From the NCBI RefSeq assembly GCF_009914755.1, contig NC_060931.1: a stretch of 64,000 nucleotides of DNA; one strand, given 5' to 3'. The position numbers were made by a program, and so were the translations under genes. Under the pieces are notes generated by a model. That model saw nothing but the letters and a program-made list of their open reading frames with translations. It was not told the DNA's origin and ran no database searches. The stretch comes from the human T2T-CHM13v2.0 reference genome, Homo sapiens. Below are positions 1 through 15,100 of this stretch, in pieces. Within the stretch, counting starts at the first letter, position 1, and each line of letters begins with the position of its first letter.

Positions 1-1894
1 GCTAGAGCTGGACCCAGAACCCAGAACACACAGGCGGATTCTTTCGCCTCCTCGCTCTGCTAGGGGCATGAAGACAGAAGACAGCCCCCACAGTCATTCT
101 AACATTTGTTGGCTGGCTATTGGGAATGCAGAATACATTTTCCCATGGAGGCAGGTTTTTTCTTCTTCTTTTTTTTAAATGGTGGTTCGGTTCCCAGGCC
201 AGGCCACAAAAGCCTATTTACCCCATAGCTGAGCTCAACTATAAAACCAGCGGTAGCTCTGAGGCCTCACTGAACCCCCAGCTCCGAGCCTGCAGTCCGA
301 GGGGCAGGTGGGCAGCTGGCTCTGCAAGGGGGGTAGGCAGCGCTCCCTTGAGCAGACCAGGAGTGTGGGGAGGGGGCTGGGCAGGGGGGCTGGGCAGGGG
401 GCCCAGGCAGCAGCTGCAGGAGCCTACAGCAGCCTCTGAATGCCTTGGTGGTTCTTAAGTGGATTGTTTGTAAGTTGGGAACTGTCTGTACTTAGAAAGG
501 CGGATTTCAAGAGGTAGGGGATCCTATTTCACTTGAAGGCCCACAGTAATGAGGGTTCTTTATTCGTAATGAAGTAAGCCACTAATTGGAGGGACGGGCT
601 CAGGAGGCCTGGTGGAATTTTGTACTCCTGGACCAGAACTGAGTAATATTATGCAGTAGCCTGGCAACCCTTTACTTTTGCACAAAATTCATATAAAAAT
701 CTACCATGAAGTGCCTGTCTGACATTCACTGTGTTTATTATTAATAATGATAATAACAGGGTAGCTTATACACAGCCTTAAGGCTAAGAAAGTAAATTGA
801 ATTCTCAGTTTCTTCCAGTTTTTTTTTTTTCCCCAGTCAGATTAGGAACATTTGGAAAGTCCTTACTCTCCGAGTGGGCTGAAACCTTTCATATTTACCC
901 AGAGGAGACATGGCTGTAGTTTCTAAGGACTCATCCAAGAGATGATCTCTTTCCTTCCTCTGCCTCCTCAGAGAGGCAGAAACATTCCATAAACTCACAA
1001 ATGTTGTAAAAGTAAATGTACAAAAAAATAATATTAATGGAACTGAAAACGTTACAGTAGAGAAATCATTTATAATAAGGTAATACAGTTAGCTCTTCTG
1101 GACTTAATGAAATGTGTTCAACTGCATTGGAATGTTCTGGTGCCCCCTGCAGGATTCTAACACCTCACAGAAATGGTTTAGTACCAATTCAGATGGCTTA
1201 GAAAACCCTACAGAGGCAATGTGTTTCTTTTCTCAGGTTCAAATCAACTTAACCTGGCTCAATCACATGCAGAGGGACAAAGCAGGAACTCAATCTAACA
1301 TTTAAAAGGTTTTTAGCCACCATAAGTTTGTCATTAGAATGGAGGTTTTTGGATCAACAACAGAAACTATTTTTGGTTTGTGAAGTTTATAAATCTAACA
1401 GTGCAAAGTTCACAGTTACATGTGTGATCTCTCAATTTTTCTGGGCTGAGTGTTTAGGGAACAAGGAAGTTTGCTTCCATGAGCCTTGCTTTGACTTAGT
1501 GCAGAAAAATTAAACATTCTGGAAAGTTAAACATTTAGCTTCTAAATTTTTACTGCCCTGAAATTCCTCAGGAACATGACTCCAGTATGATAATGAACAA
1601 ATGGTCATCAGAGTTGTTTATTCCATAGTTACAGGTCAGCAGATGTGAGGAACCATCGTCTGACTCCAATAAGCTTTTAAGATGATAGCTGTCCATCGTT
1701 CCTGCCCTCCACTTTATACGAGAGTAACTGAAATCACTATTTTGATGTATAATGTCCCTGCTATCATCTAGTCTTAGGTAATTTATCTGAAAGACATTGA
1801 CCAGGTCTCACTGAATTTGCAAAGAATCATGCTGGCACATAATTCTAATTATATCACAATAGCTACAACATAAATACAGTATTGTAATATTGTA

Positions 1895-2272
1895 CAGACA
1901 GTCCTGGATTTGCCATGGTTTGATTTATGATTGTTTGACTTAGAGTTTTTGACTTTGCCAAGATGCAAAAGCAACATGTATTCAGCAGAAACTGTACTTC
2001 AAGTACGCAAACAACCACTCTGTTTTTCATTGTCAGTACAGTGTTCAATAAATTACTGTGAAATATTAAGCACTGTAGTATAGTATAGGTTTTGTGTTAG
2101 ATGATTTTGCCCCACTGTAGGCTAATGTAGGCATTCTGAAAACATTTAAGGTAGCCTGTGGTAAGCTATGCTGTTTGGTAGGTTTGGTGTATTAAATGCA
2201 TTTCCGATTAGGATATTTTCAACTTGATGGGTTTACTGGGGCATAACTCCATTGTAAGTCAAGAAGCATCTG
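1895..2272 (-). mobile_element. MER47A-like TcMar-Tigger non-autonomous DNA transposon
   Basis: Ends ta|cagacagtcc...aagaagcatctg|ta with TA flanks; internal sequence matches the remembered MER47A consensus in reverse. Confidence 0.8.
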
Positions 2273-2469
2273 TATATATGTGTTATATAATACATATTGC
2301 CTATAGTAATATTACATATTATTATAATATTGTATAATATTATAACACAATATAAACCTCTACTAATGTCACTTTTTTCAGTGCCATTCCTTCTTTCATA
2401 TACTGGATGTTTAATTTCTTAATTTGAACATTATAAAGAAACGTATTAAAATTCAAATCACAAAGACAC

Positions 2470-4110
2470 TAAACATAATTCCAGACTTCTAGAAAAGTTG
2501 CAAGAATTCTTTGTATGCCTGGATACCCTTCACCCAGATTCCCAAAATGTTAATTCACCCAAACATTACTACATTTGTTTCATTTTCTAAATACAAACAC
2601 ACATAGATTTTTTCCTAAACTGTTTAAGAGTAAATTGCAGACAGAAAGTTCCTTTATTCTTAAATAATTCAATATATATTTCCTAAAAATAGGGAACTCT
2701 CTTACATAACCACAGTACAATTATTGAAATCAGGAAATTAATATTGAAATAATGTTATCTAATATTACAGACCTTATTGTGATTTTATCAATTGTCCCAA
2801 TAATATCTTCTATAACAAAAGAAAATCTAAAATCATACACTGCATTCAGTTGTCATGTTTTTTCAGTCTCCTTTAATCTGGGAAGTTCCTGGGTCTGTCT
2901 TTTTTCAGGGCAGGTATTTTAGAGAGTGTTCCACATTTTGGGTTGTCTGATGTGTCCTCACACTTAAATTAAGGTTATACACCTCTAACAGTATAACAAA
3001 AGTCATTCCGGCTTTTCCTCAGTGCATGGTATCATGTGGCACATGCTGTTGGTTAGTCCCACCACTAGCGATGTTAACTTTAATCTTTTGGTTAAGATGG
3101 TGTTTGCCAGGTTTCTCCATTTGAGTTACTATTTCACCCATTGTAAATAATACAATATAATTTGAAACAATGTAAAGACAACGTAAAGATCCTATATCTC
3201 ATTAAACTTCCATCCATTAGTTTTCATATTCATAGATGATTCTTGACTGAATCAATTATGTTTATGATGGCTTGCAAAATATGATTTTTGATTTTCAACA
3301 TCTACATTTATTGGTTGGCTTTCTACTTTATTTGTTCTTTGTTTGTTTATATCAAAGTAGCTCATGGATTCTTACTTTATTCAATAGTATTACACTTACT
3401 AAAATTATTTATTTAAATTAGTAATTTATTTTAACGCTTAAATGATCCCATATTTGGCGAATGGGAGCCTCTTTGGGCTGGCTCCAGCGTCATTTTGACA
3501 AGTCCCCCTTATTCTGTAGGTACTTTCTTCATTTTTGGCATGACATGATGTTCCAGGCTCTATTCTACTTTACCTGCCTCAAATTTGAATTTAACCATTT
3601 CTCCAAAAAGCCCTAGTTCCTTTTAGTGGAGGGTATGTAGAAACAAAGATCTGGTTTCTAGATATGCTCACTGCTACTAGAGTGAAACTGCTTCAAGGTC
3701 ATCTCAGAGGACTGAGCTGGGAAATGTTTATATGTATATGTAAACAAATGTGTGCATATCCACAAGTACTCTCAGACACAACACACATACACATATATGT
3801 ATTATAATCCATGCACAGCTACATTAGTTTACATATATCTAAACACATACACACATGTATGTATGCATGCATGTATGTGTGTATGTATCAGAAATCAGGA
3901 GTTTACATCCATATCTCCAATTTGAATCCAATACCGCAGAGTTCTATCTCATCCTTTTACCACAACTGTAGCTCCGTTCTCCTAAAGTGCAAAACCTGGC
4001 TCCCACTGTCCACAACTTATCTGCTCAATCCCGGAATGCACGAAGAATAGTTTCAGAACTGCTAACCTATGCTTCTGCAAAAAGAGACGACGTCTGCTAA
4101 CTAGAGTTGA
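2470..4110 (-). mobile_element. Old L1MC-type 3' fragment
   Basis: Motifs such as agaaaagttgcaagaat, ggttaagatggtgtttgccaggtttctcca, tttaaccatttctccaa; similar to 35065-37180. Confidence 0.6.
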
Positions 4111-5846
4111 AAATTCCAAGGGACCAGGAATGACATTAAATCAAAGAGGTCAATATATTCATTTTCAAAGTCAGTCCTGTTGTCAAAATCAGTAAGAAAA
4201 TGGTGGTGGCAAAAGCATTCTATCCTTCAAATCCTTCCCTCTGTAGATTCTGCCATTGCGTGATATCATACCGAAGTTAGAGTTTGGCCAGATATGACAT
4301 GAAAAAAACTGTCTTTTGTTCCATTTGCTTATTTATTCATTTATTACATTATACTTTGCCTGCTCCCATAACAAACCTTTGAGTAATAACATATCTAAGC
4401 AGAAGAGCTAACACAGAGAGACCAAAACCAATATAAAGAAAAGAGGAGATGATTTTATGTGGAACAGAGATATTCTAAGAAGGTCACAGGAAAGGAGCCT
4501 GTGATAGATGGAGTTTCTGTGTTTGCCTGTGGTGGCTGCAAACAAATTACCTCAACTGCCTCTGTCCTAACAGCATTCTTTTCATTTTCCAAGTTCACTT
4601 TCAGTCTTTGTCCATATGTGGCCAATTAAAATTATATGGTTATCTTCATAGATAAAATGATTTTTTAAAATCTTTGCCCCTTAAACTGGTAACAGGTTTG
4701 ATGATATTTCATGCCTGGAACAGAACTATTCCAGAACTGTTCCTCCAAAGCTGGCTTGCTCTGGAATCCTGTCTGTTATACACAAACACACATATACACA
4801 TGTGTGTGAACTCTCCTCCCCACTATATTATACCCTAGATCCCTGAATCAGAATCTTTGGGGCGGTGGGGTTGGAGAGACCAAATGTAATAAATGTTAAT
4901 ATCAGTGAAAATGACTTACAGAAGCAGCCAAAAATAAATTACTTTTTACAAAAGTTCATGTTTATTTATAAAATAAAAGACGTTAACATCTTGTTTTCAA
5001 TTTTCTTTTTATGAAGCCAACAGTTTATTAAATACAACTTACTTATTTGTGAGAAAAGGCTATCTCTCCTTTTAAAATTCTTACCATTTTAGCTTAATTA
5101 ATTTTACCAAACTGGCAAAAGTCTGACTTAAAAGTCCCTTGAGCCATCAAAAGCTATAAAAATGTTACTTCTTCTTGACCAAGTTATTTTCTTGAAGCAG
5201 ATTCCTACAAATTCAGGGGAATTTTCTAAAATATGGGCAAAGGTTTATGTACAAAAAGTTTCAGACAGCATTTATTTGCTCACAAATGTAAGCAACCTAA
5301 AAGTCTAATGTTAGGGCGTTTTATATAATAAAATATTGGGCTATTGTCGTCACTTTTTTTTTATAAAGAATTTTTTGACACACAGGGAAATGCTTATGAT
5401 AAATGGAAGCCCTTTAAATGTAGGTATTGGGTCTTTTTCTGTATTAAATCTCCAATCTCCATGCAATGCTAAGCACTTAATAGGTGCTTCAAAAAATTTT
5501 TTTATGTTGAGTTGAAATAATAAAGCATTAAAAATTATATGTGTGGAAGAAAATATTTACAAAAGACATGTATGATAAAGGACATGCTATTCAAAATATA
5601 CAAAGAAACTTTAAAATTCAACAATAAGAAAATAACCTGGTTTAAAAAGTGGCAAAATATATGAATAGATACTTCACCAAAGATGACATACAGATGGCTA
5701 ATAAGCATATGAAAAAATGCCCAATATCATATGTCATTAGGGAACTGCAAATTAAAACAACAATGAGATAATACATAGATACTAGAATGGCAAAAATCCA
5801 AAATACTGACATCAAATGCTGGTGAGGATGTGAGAATACAAAATGG

Positions 5847-6189
5847 GGCTGGGTGCGGTGGCCCACGCCTGCAATCCCAGCACTTTGAGAGGATGAGGTG
5901 GGCAGATCCCTGGATCTCTTGAGGTCAGGAGTTCGAGACCGGCCTGGCCATCATGGTGAAACCCTGTCTCTACTAAAAATAGAAAAAATTAGCCGGGTGT
6001 GGTGGCGCATGCTGATAATCCCAGCTACTTTGGGAGGCTGAGGCAGGAGAATCCTTGAACCCGGGAGGCAGAGGTTGTAGTGAGCCAAGATCATACCACT
6101 GCATTCCAGTCTGGGCAACAAGAGTGAAACTCTATCTCAAAACAAAAACAAAAACAAAAACAAAAACAAAAACAAAAACAAAAACAAAA
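5847..6189 (+). mobile_element. AluS with (CAAAAA)n tail
   Basis: Full dimer; TSD acaaaatgg on both sides. Confidence 0.95.
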
Positions 6190-6299
6190 TGGTATCGCCA
6201 CTTTGAAAGACAGTTTGACAGTTTCTTATAAAACTAAAGTTCTTACCATATGATCTAGCAACAGTGCTCCTTGGTGTCCACCTGGAGTTAAAAACATCC

Positions 6300-6677
<378 letters not shown>

Positions 6678-7337
6678 TTATTCATAGTTGCCAAAAATTG
6701 GAAGCAACCAAGCTGTCCTTCAGTAGATGGATGAAAAAACTGTGATACATCCAGACAATGAAATATTATTTAGTACTAAAAGGAAATAAGCTATCAAGCC
6801 ATGAAAAGATATGGAGAAATTTAAGTACATATTACTAAGTGAAAGACACCAATCTGAAAAGCCTACCTGCTATATGATTCCAATTATATGACATTCTGAA
6901 AAAGGCAAAACTATGAAGGCAGTAAAAAGATCAGTGCTTGCCAGGCGCTCAGGGAGATAGAAGGATGAATAGGTGAAGCACAGATGACTGCTCGGGCAAT
7001 GAAACTACCCATATGCTACTAGAATGGTGGGTACATGTCACTATACATTTGTCAAAACATAGAATCTACAACACAAAGAGTGAACCCTAATGTAAACTCT
7101 AGACTTTGGTTGATAATAATGTGTCAACCTTGGCTCATTAATTGCAAAAAATGTACTGCACTGATGGGGGATGCTGATGGTGAGGGAGGCTGTGTGTATG
7201 CACTGGGTATGTGTGTTGTGGGGTGGTTGGGAAGCGGGGAGTGAGTATGCAGAAACTCTGTATCTTTCAATTTTGCTGGGAAGCTAAAAATTGCTCTTAA
7301 AATAGTCTATTAACTTTACATATAATATATAATATAT

Positions 7338-7673
7338 TGATGTGGTTTGGCTGCATTCCCACACAAATCTTACCTTGAATTGTAGTAATTCAATTATCAC
7401 AGGGGCCAGGTGGAGATAAATGAATCACGGCAGTTCCCCCATACTTTTCTTGTGGTAGTGAATATATCTCATGAGATCTGATGGTTTTATAAATGGGAGA
7501 TCCCCTGGACAAGCTTTCTTTCCTCCCGCCATGTGACACGTGACTTTGCTCCTCATTCACCTTCCGCCACGATTGTGAGGCCTCCCCAGCCATGTGCAAC
7601 TGTGAGTCAATTAAACTTCTTCCCTTTACAAATTACCCAGCCTTGGGTATATCTTTATTAGCAGACTAATAGA
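7338..7673 (+). mobile_element. THE1-type (ERVL-MaLR) solo LTR
   Basis: tgatgtggtttggct start, attaaa signal, gactaataga end; 5-bp TSD tatat at 7333-7337 and 7674-7678. Confidence 0.9.
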
Positions 7674-7874
7674 TATATTAATATATATAATTTTTCTACA
7701 CATGAGCATTTAAAAAATGTCTTTGGGAAGGGGTAAAAAAGACAGATGTATATCCTTAATGTAGATGCTGAAAAAAAAAAGACAGATGGTAAAGATGAGA
7801 AAAGATAATAAAAATTATGCTTCAGACCCTTAAAAAATGTCTACCATTTGCCAACCACATTAAAAAAAAGAAGA

Positions 7875-8176
7875 GGCTGGGTGTGGTGGCTCACGCCTGT
7901 AATCCCAGCACTTTGGGAGGCCGAAGCGGGCGGATCACAAGGTCAGGACTTCAAGACAAGCCTGGCCAACATAGTGAAACCCCATCTCTACTAAAAATAC
8001 AAAAATTAGCCGGGCATGGCGGTGCGTGCCTGTAGTCCCAGCTACTCGGGAGACTGGGGCAGAAGACTCACTTGAACCCGGGAGGTGGAGGTTGCAGTGA
8101 TCACACCACTGCACTCCAGCTTAGGCAATAGAGTGGGACTTCGTCTCAGAAAAAAAAAAAAAAAGAAGAAAGAAGA

Positions 8177-8177
<1 letters not shown>
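7875..8177 (+). mobile_element. AluS
   Basis: Full dimer with A/AAG tail. Confidence 0.95.

Positions 8178-8227
<50 letters not shown>
8178..8227. repeat. (AAT)n microsatellite, ~16 units, at Alu tail
   Basis: Direct reading. Confidence 0.95.
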
Positions 8228-8228
<1 letters not shown>

Positions 8229-9039
8229 GAGTCTTTCTATTAAAGATGAAGGGTGGAAGCCATCCATTTAGCTCTATTCAACCCTGAAAGCCCACCAAAA
8301 ACTCTAAGGGGGCACAAACGAGAACAAAGAAGATGGGAAAAGAGCTACCACTACTAAACGTTGGAAGCTGGAAAGTAGATAGATGACTTATAACTAAATG
8401 AACAGACCCAAGAAAGCTAAATCCAAATCTGGCAATGGAAAAAACCTAAAAACTACCTGGTTAATTCAGAACTCTCAAAGTTTTATGAACTGATGGTTTG
8501 GATACCTTTGGAAGTGGAAGTGATAGGATGGAATGGATGTTAGGGAATCAACCGAAAATATATGTTATACATAATGATTTTATCAGAAGAGTATTCCCTA
8601 TATTTTGGAATGATGTATTTCTATCAACTTTCTTTTGAAAATTAAAATTTCTAAAAGTTGTGTATGTAACAAACAATACAGATTGTGGTATACCACAAGC
8701 CAAAATATGGAAGCAGAATACAAGCTAATGGCCTATGGCAGAAAATGTGGTTTGCATAAATGTTACCCATTGTCACAAACATCCACCCATCCTGCGCTGC
8801 ACACTGTGCTACTTCATGCTCCTTCTCTTGTGGACTTCTATTCTCTTTCTCCAGGTTGAAGGGAAATCATCCACATACCTGCTGAGGTGGTATCAACCTC
8901 AACCTGTCTCCTAGCAGAGGAGACAATATGAGCAAAGCATTGTTTGGAGAAAATCAAGTAGCTTGATGTTATTGCAACAGAAAATATGAGGCTGAAAATA
9001 GTGTGAATTAAAACCCTAGATTTGGACCAGAGTGAAACC

Positions 9040-9375
9040 ACAGAGGGCTTTGTGGGATGTTGAGGAGCTTGAACTCAATCCTGTGGCCTTGGCAGTTACT
9101 TTGCAGAGACGTTGATGTGGTTGGATTTGGGTTTCATTTCAGTCACACTGGGGTATGTGGAAGGCAGACTTGAAGCAGGAAGCCAAGCCAGAGACTGGTG
9201 GTCCAGGCGAGCGTCATAAGGCCTGAACAAGAGCCGAGATGACAGACTTAAGAAGACATAGATCTGGAAAATATTTGGAAGGTCAAAATATGCTAATCTG
9301 ATGATTTGTTGGATGTAGGAGGTGTGAGAGAGTAAGGCATCAAGATGTTCTTTAGGTTTCCAGCCTCAGTGACAA
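9040..9375 (+). mobile_element. L2 fragment
   Basis: ggtggtccaggcgag, gatttgttggatgtaggaggtg...aggcatcaagatg motifs. Confidence 0.6.
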
Positions 9376-9387
9376 TAAAGGGAGCAG

Positions 9388-10840
<1,453 letters not shown>

Positions 10841-12879
10841 TACATCAACTGAACATTTATTCAGTTAAAGCATAGTGCCATGTGTTTCCAGGATGACAGA
10901 AGTAATTAGGGCTTCTTAAAGTCTTTGAGAACCTTTAGCACAGTTGAGCAAAAAAAAAAAAAAAAAAAAAAGAACAATTACAAAACAATATATTAGAACA
11001 ATTACAAAGTACTATATTAATGAAAAAGTGAACTCGTGGAAGTTTGGGGTTTTATGCCAGATTAAAGAAGTGGCCATAAGTTGACATGGAGGAAATAAAG
11101 GAACAGATTGACTTCCTGTTTGGGGGACGCAATCATGAAGGGCACGGACATAAGAGCAAGCACATGCCATGTGAAGGTTGACAAGTATGGAAGGGGCCTT
11201 GCTGGGAATCAGAGATGAGACCGATGAGGTCTCATGGAAAGGGAGCAAAAAGAACACTTGAATATAGGAAACTGGATTTACTAGACTGTAGTTGACTACT
11301 GAAAATCATTTTAGATTCTTCAATATAATGAAAGAGTTTCATGAAGATTTAAGCCACAGTTATGAATATTAGTTGAGTTTTGAGCTGGTAATCCTGGATC
11401 CATCTACTAAATGTCCAGCCAAACAGGATAGTTTCATAATTTATCATTCTTTTCTAATTTCTCACTGTCTATTTCTCAGAAAAGCCATGTCTAGCTTTGG
11501 CTCCTTTTGTAACTGTAGACATATTCTGGACTGAAGTGTTTCATGTCTGATCTACTTTTACCACTGCTCTATTCTCTTGATGCCAAAAAACCCCACAAAT
11601 TTCATTTACTTTAGTGGTCAATGAGTATGGCAGATAAAAACATACTTTCTAGAGTGACAATGCTTGTGTTTTAGTCATAGAAAATTGGGGCAATATTTTT
11701 GTAATATATCAACGTGGTTTTCTATTTGCATGTCTATGTGCCTGACCTCCTCCATTGCCAGCCTGAGACATACCTCTCCCTGGCTGTGCCTCTGGATTGT
11801 TGCAGGAGAAATACAAAAAGAAAGTTGTACTCTCCAGCTTCTGACAGCCCAAAATTGGGTTCTCAAGTCTGCAGCAAGACAATAAACTTGAAACTCGGGC
11901 TTTTTAAAGGATTAGAAAGTGTTTATCTTCCACTTTAGGAGGTGGACTTGATCCTACACTTCGTATTATGGTGGTGGTATGATGGGGTTAATGACAAGAG
12001 AAAGGAAGGGACAAATCCTGCCCACCCGTTTCTGGGCTGGGGCCTTCAATCAGGGAACTGGGCCTTTTAAAGACACATGGAGCCCAACTTTGTCTCAGGG
12101 AGGAAAAGCCCTGAGGGAAAAACCAAAGGCAGAAGATGAGCTGCCCCACCGCCTGTTTGGGAGTCTGCAAGAGGGTTGCCTCTCAGGCCTGACTTGGCTC
12201 CAAGTAGGGTCAGCTGCGTTAAAATAAAGCAGTGCAGTTGATGAAAAAGGGCCGAGTTTAGCTCCCAGGTTTCTCCATAAGCTTTTGTGGTATGGAGAAG
12301 AAATTCAGAAGATCTTCTATGTTTTATGGAAAGAAGAGGGAGGTGGCTGAGGGTGCTGGCCAGTAAACTTGCCAGGGAATGGCACTGGGTTAGCAGCCAA
12401 ATGGAAGTCCAAGGTAATCAGAGTTGCCATTAGGGAGATTCATCAGAGGAAGGAGGCTGAGGATTTTAGAACATTCCTAGGGCTGAGGAAGGAGACCAGG
12501 CATTCCCCTGGCCACAGGTTTCAGGAACTCACCATGCAAGCCCAGATGCTGCAGCAAGATAAGCAAGAAACCGGGGGACAGGGAGTGGCCTCAAGGACAC
12601 CATGTCCCCTGCCTACCCCCAGGACACAGTCAGCCCAATGCCCTCCCTCCTGGGGCAGAGAATGCTTCTGAAAGGGCATCCAAAAAGAGATGATTTAAAA
12701 CAGTACAGAGGAAGCCAAATTTTGATTGACGCAACATTTAAACTGAAACAACAGAGGCTTCTTAACCTTATTCAACTGACAAGTGTAGAAGACCCCATCA
12801 TGCTGCTCATGAAGAAACTGCTTTAGTTCCAGAAAATAAGGGGATGCATGTGTCAATGTGGTCTGAGTCAAATTATAAT

Positions 12880-13070
12880 CCCTTCCACCTGGCCCTGACA
12901 TGTTCTGACTGTGTCACATTGAGACAGTTATGTAACCTCTCTAAGCGTCAAAATCCTCATCTGTGAAAAGGAGATCATAGTGTCTTCCTCTTGGGGAGTT
13001 TTAACGAGCCCATTCATGTAAATTGCTTAGAACTGTAGCTGATACATGATAAACTTTTTAAATGTGCTAA
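12880..13070. mobile_element. MIR fragment
   Basis: taacctctctaagcgtcaaaatcctcatctgtgaaaaggagat resembles the MIR core. Confidence 0.6.
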
Positions 13071-14094
13071 TTTTGTTATCACTTCTACTTTACATTCAAT
13101 GTCAAAGTTTCTTTTATTCTGTTCAAGAATGGCTAACTACATCTTTGTCAAAAAATGTCAAAGTACTGTATTTCTGACATTCTTCATTTATGATTTCAGA
13201 ACCTCTAGTGCATTCCCACAAGCACAGAAATGCCATTCTGGGGATGAATGAGAATTACTGTTTTTATATCACCCTTGACTTTTTCTCAGCTTAGTAAACA
13301 TCTTGGTACTCACCACAGAAATTACCTCCAAGCCAGGAAGATATTTCTTAAGAATAATGTTAGCTGTAACAAACTGCAGAGTAAAATGATGGAGGCATCT
13401 GTAGGACCTGGTGGTGAGCCTGCTCTGTCTTAGGCTGATTACTCCTAAGAGGAAGAACCAGCTATAGGCAATAGACACACCGCACGAATGGGGGAAAATG
13501 CAGAGGGGAGGATTCCTTTGTGAACCTGTGGGCAATTTTAACATGCATATCAGGACAGGACAGTGTCAGAGTGCTCCTGGAAAATTCCTTGTGATTAACA
13601 TGGGTACATTAACTGTCAGAATTGTTTGCTGCTGAGTATTCAATAATAGATATTAACTAACCTGGGGCTCCATTCTAGCTCTTTCAGTTTTCTGTATCAA
13701 CCTAGAGAACACCAAGGGGGCTTTAGCTGAAGCAGGAGAAGAGATTTCGTTAGAAAGGTTAGTACTGATTCTAGATAAACAAAACAAGTAATTTTTGAGT
13801 GTCTGTGATATACAAATTTCTAGGCTCTAAGCCTTAGGTAAACATGTATGTAAGTACTAAAAAGCACATTAAGCCTTAATATAGTAGAGTTCCTGGGAAA
13901 TCCAGTGGTTTAAGTGACTTTTCCATGTAGGTAAAGCATATTCTATTAAAAAAAAAGTTAAGACATAAGAAATCTTCATATAAGTCAGATACCTCTTATT
14001 AAATGTCTATCTTCTAAAATAGAGCAAAATTGCCTTTTTTGATGGATCAGTCATCATCATGAACATCAGCTATTTCACGATGGTGCTCTGAGAA

Positions 14095-14280
14095 AGTATT
14101 TCTCAAGGTGTGATCTATGGATCCCAGAAAAGGAATTATCTGGGAGCCCGTTAAAAGTCAGATCTCTGAGCCCCACCCCAGGCCTCCAGAATCAAAATCC
14201 TTAGGTAGAAGCCAGGATTCTCCACATCCAACTTGCTTCTCAGAGGATTCTTACACTCAACTCAGGCCAGAGAGGCCCTA
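14095..14280. mobile_element. MER5-type hAT-Charlie element
   Basis: tttctcaaggtg...gagccccaccccaggcctccagaatcaaaatc...gaggattcttac. Confidence 0.6.
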
Positions 14281-14899
14281 ATTCAGAGTGAGTTGAGATG
14301 TTCTTCACTGGAAATGTCTGCAGGGGGCCTGTTAATTTTCTGTGCCTATTTGCTGTAGGGCTTCTGCTACTTTCCTCTTATGACCGCAAACCTTTCAACA
14401 GTGACGGGCTTTAAACCAGTGGGGCAATTTGCAGAGGATCCTTTGCTGGATGCTGGCCTTTGTGATGTCTACTTTCCAACCATGAGCCTCAGCTTTGGGT
14501 CCCTGAGTTGAGCCTACTCTTGCAGGATTCAGGCGCCAGACAGACCCCAAGGAACTCAGGCTCTAGACCTGCCATTTCACCTCAAAAAACGACTCCCAGA
14601 ATAAGGTAGAACAGAAATGTGAAACGCCAAACCCAGAAATGTGACTGGATGTTCAAGAGACAGAGAGATTGGTGAGAAGGAAAAAAAAAAAGCCCAAATA
14701 CTCCTTAAGGGTGCTTGGAACATGAAACACTGGGGTCAGAAAAACGAGTTCAGAGGACGTGGCATGTGCTGGAAGATGTGACTGCTACTTGAACAGGAAG
14801 CCAGGTCTCCTCTACCCCAGAAACCTTTTTTTCCAATAGTAACCTAATATCACACAAGGATCTGTTTATCGGATTGTAGTAATATGGGGCTGGAAAGCC

Positions 14900-15100
14900 G
14901 AGAAGAGCACTGACTCTAGAGTCAGAGGCTTGGGTTCAAATTCTAGTTCACACGTATGGCTATGGGCAAGTCAGTCATGGCTGCCCTGTGGTCTCATCTG
15001 TGAAATGGGAAAAAGAATTCATACCCTCGCTAAACTCTTGTGCAGTTTTAACGAAGTAATGAATATGAAACAGCTTTGTAAACTGTAGAGAACTTTACCA
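14900..15100. mobile_element. MIR fragment
   Basis: gagtcagaggcttgggttcaaattctag...gggcaagtca...ctcatctgtgaaatggg. Confidence 0.7.

Noticed and set aside
120-458. 112-aa ORF
   Set aside because: Explained by local GC/G-richness; low-complexity Gly-rich translation.
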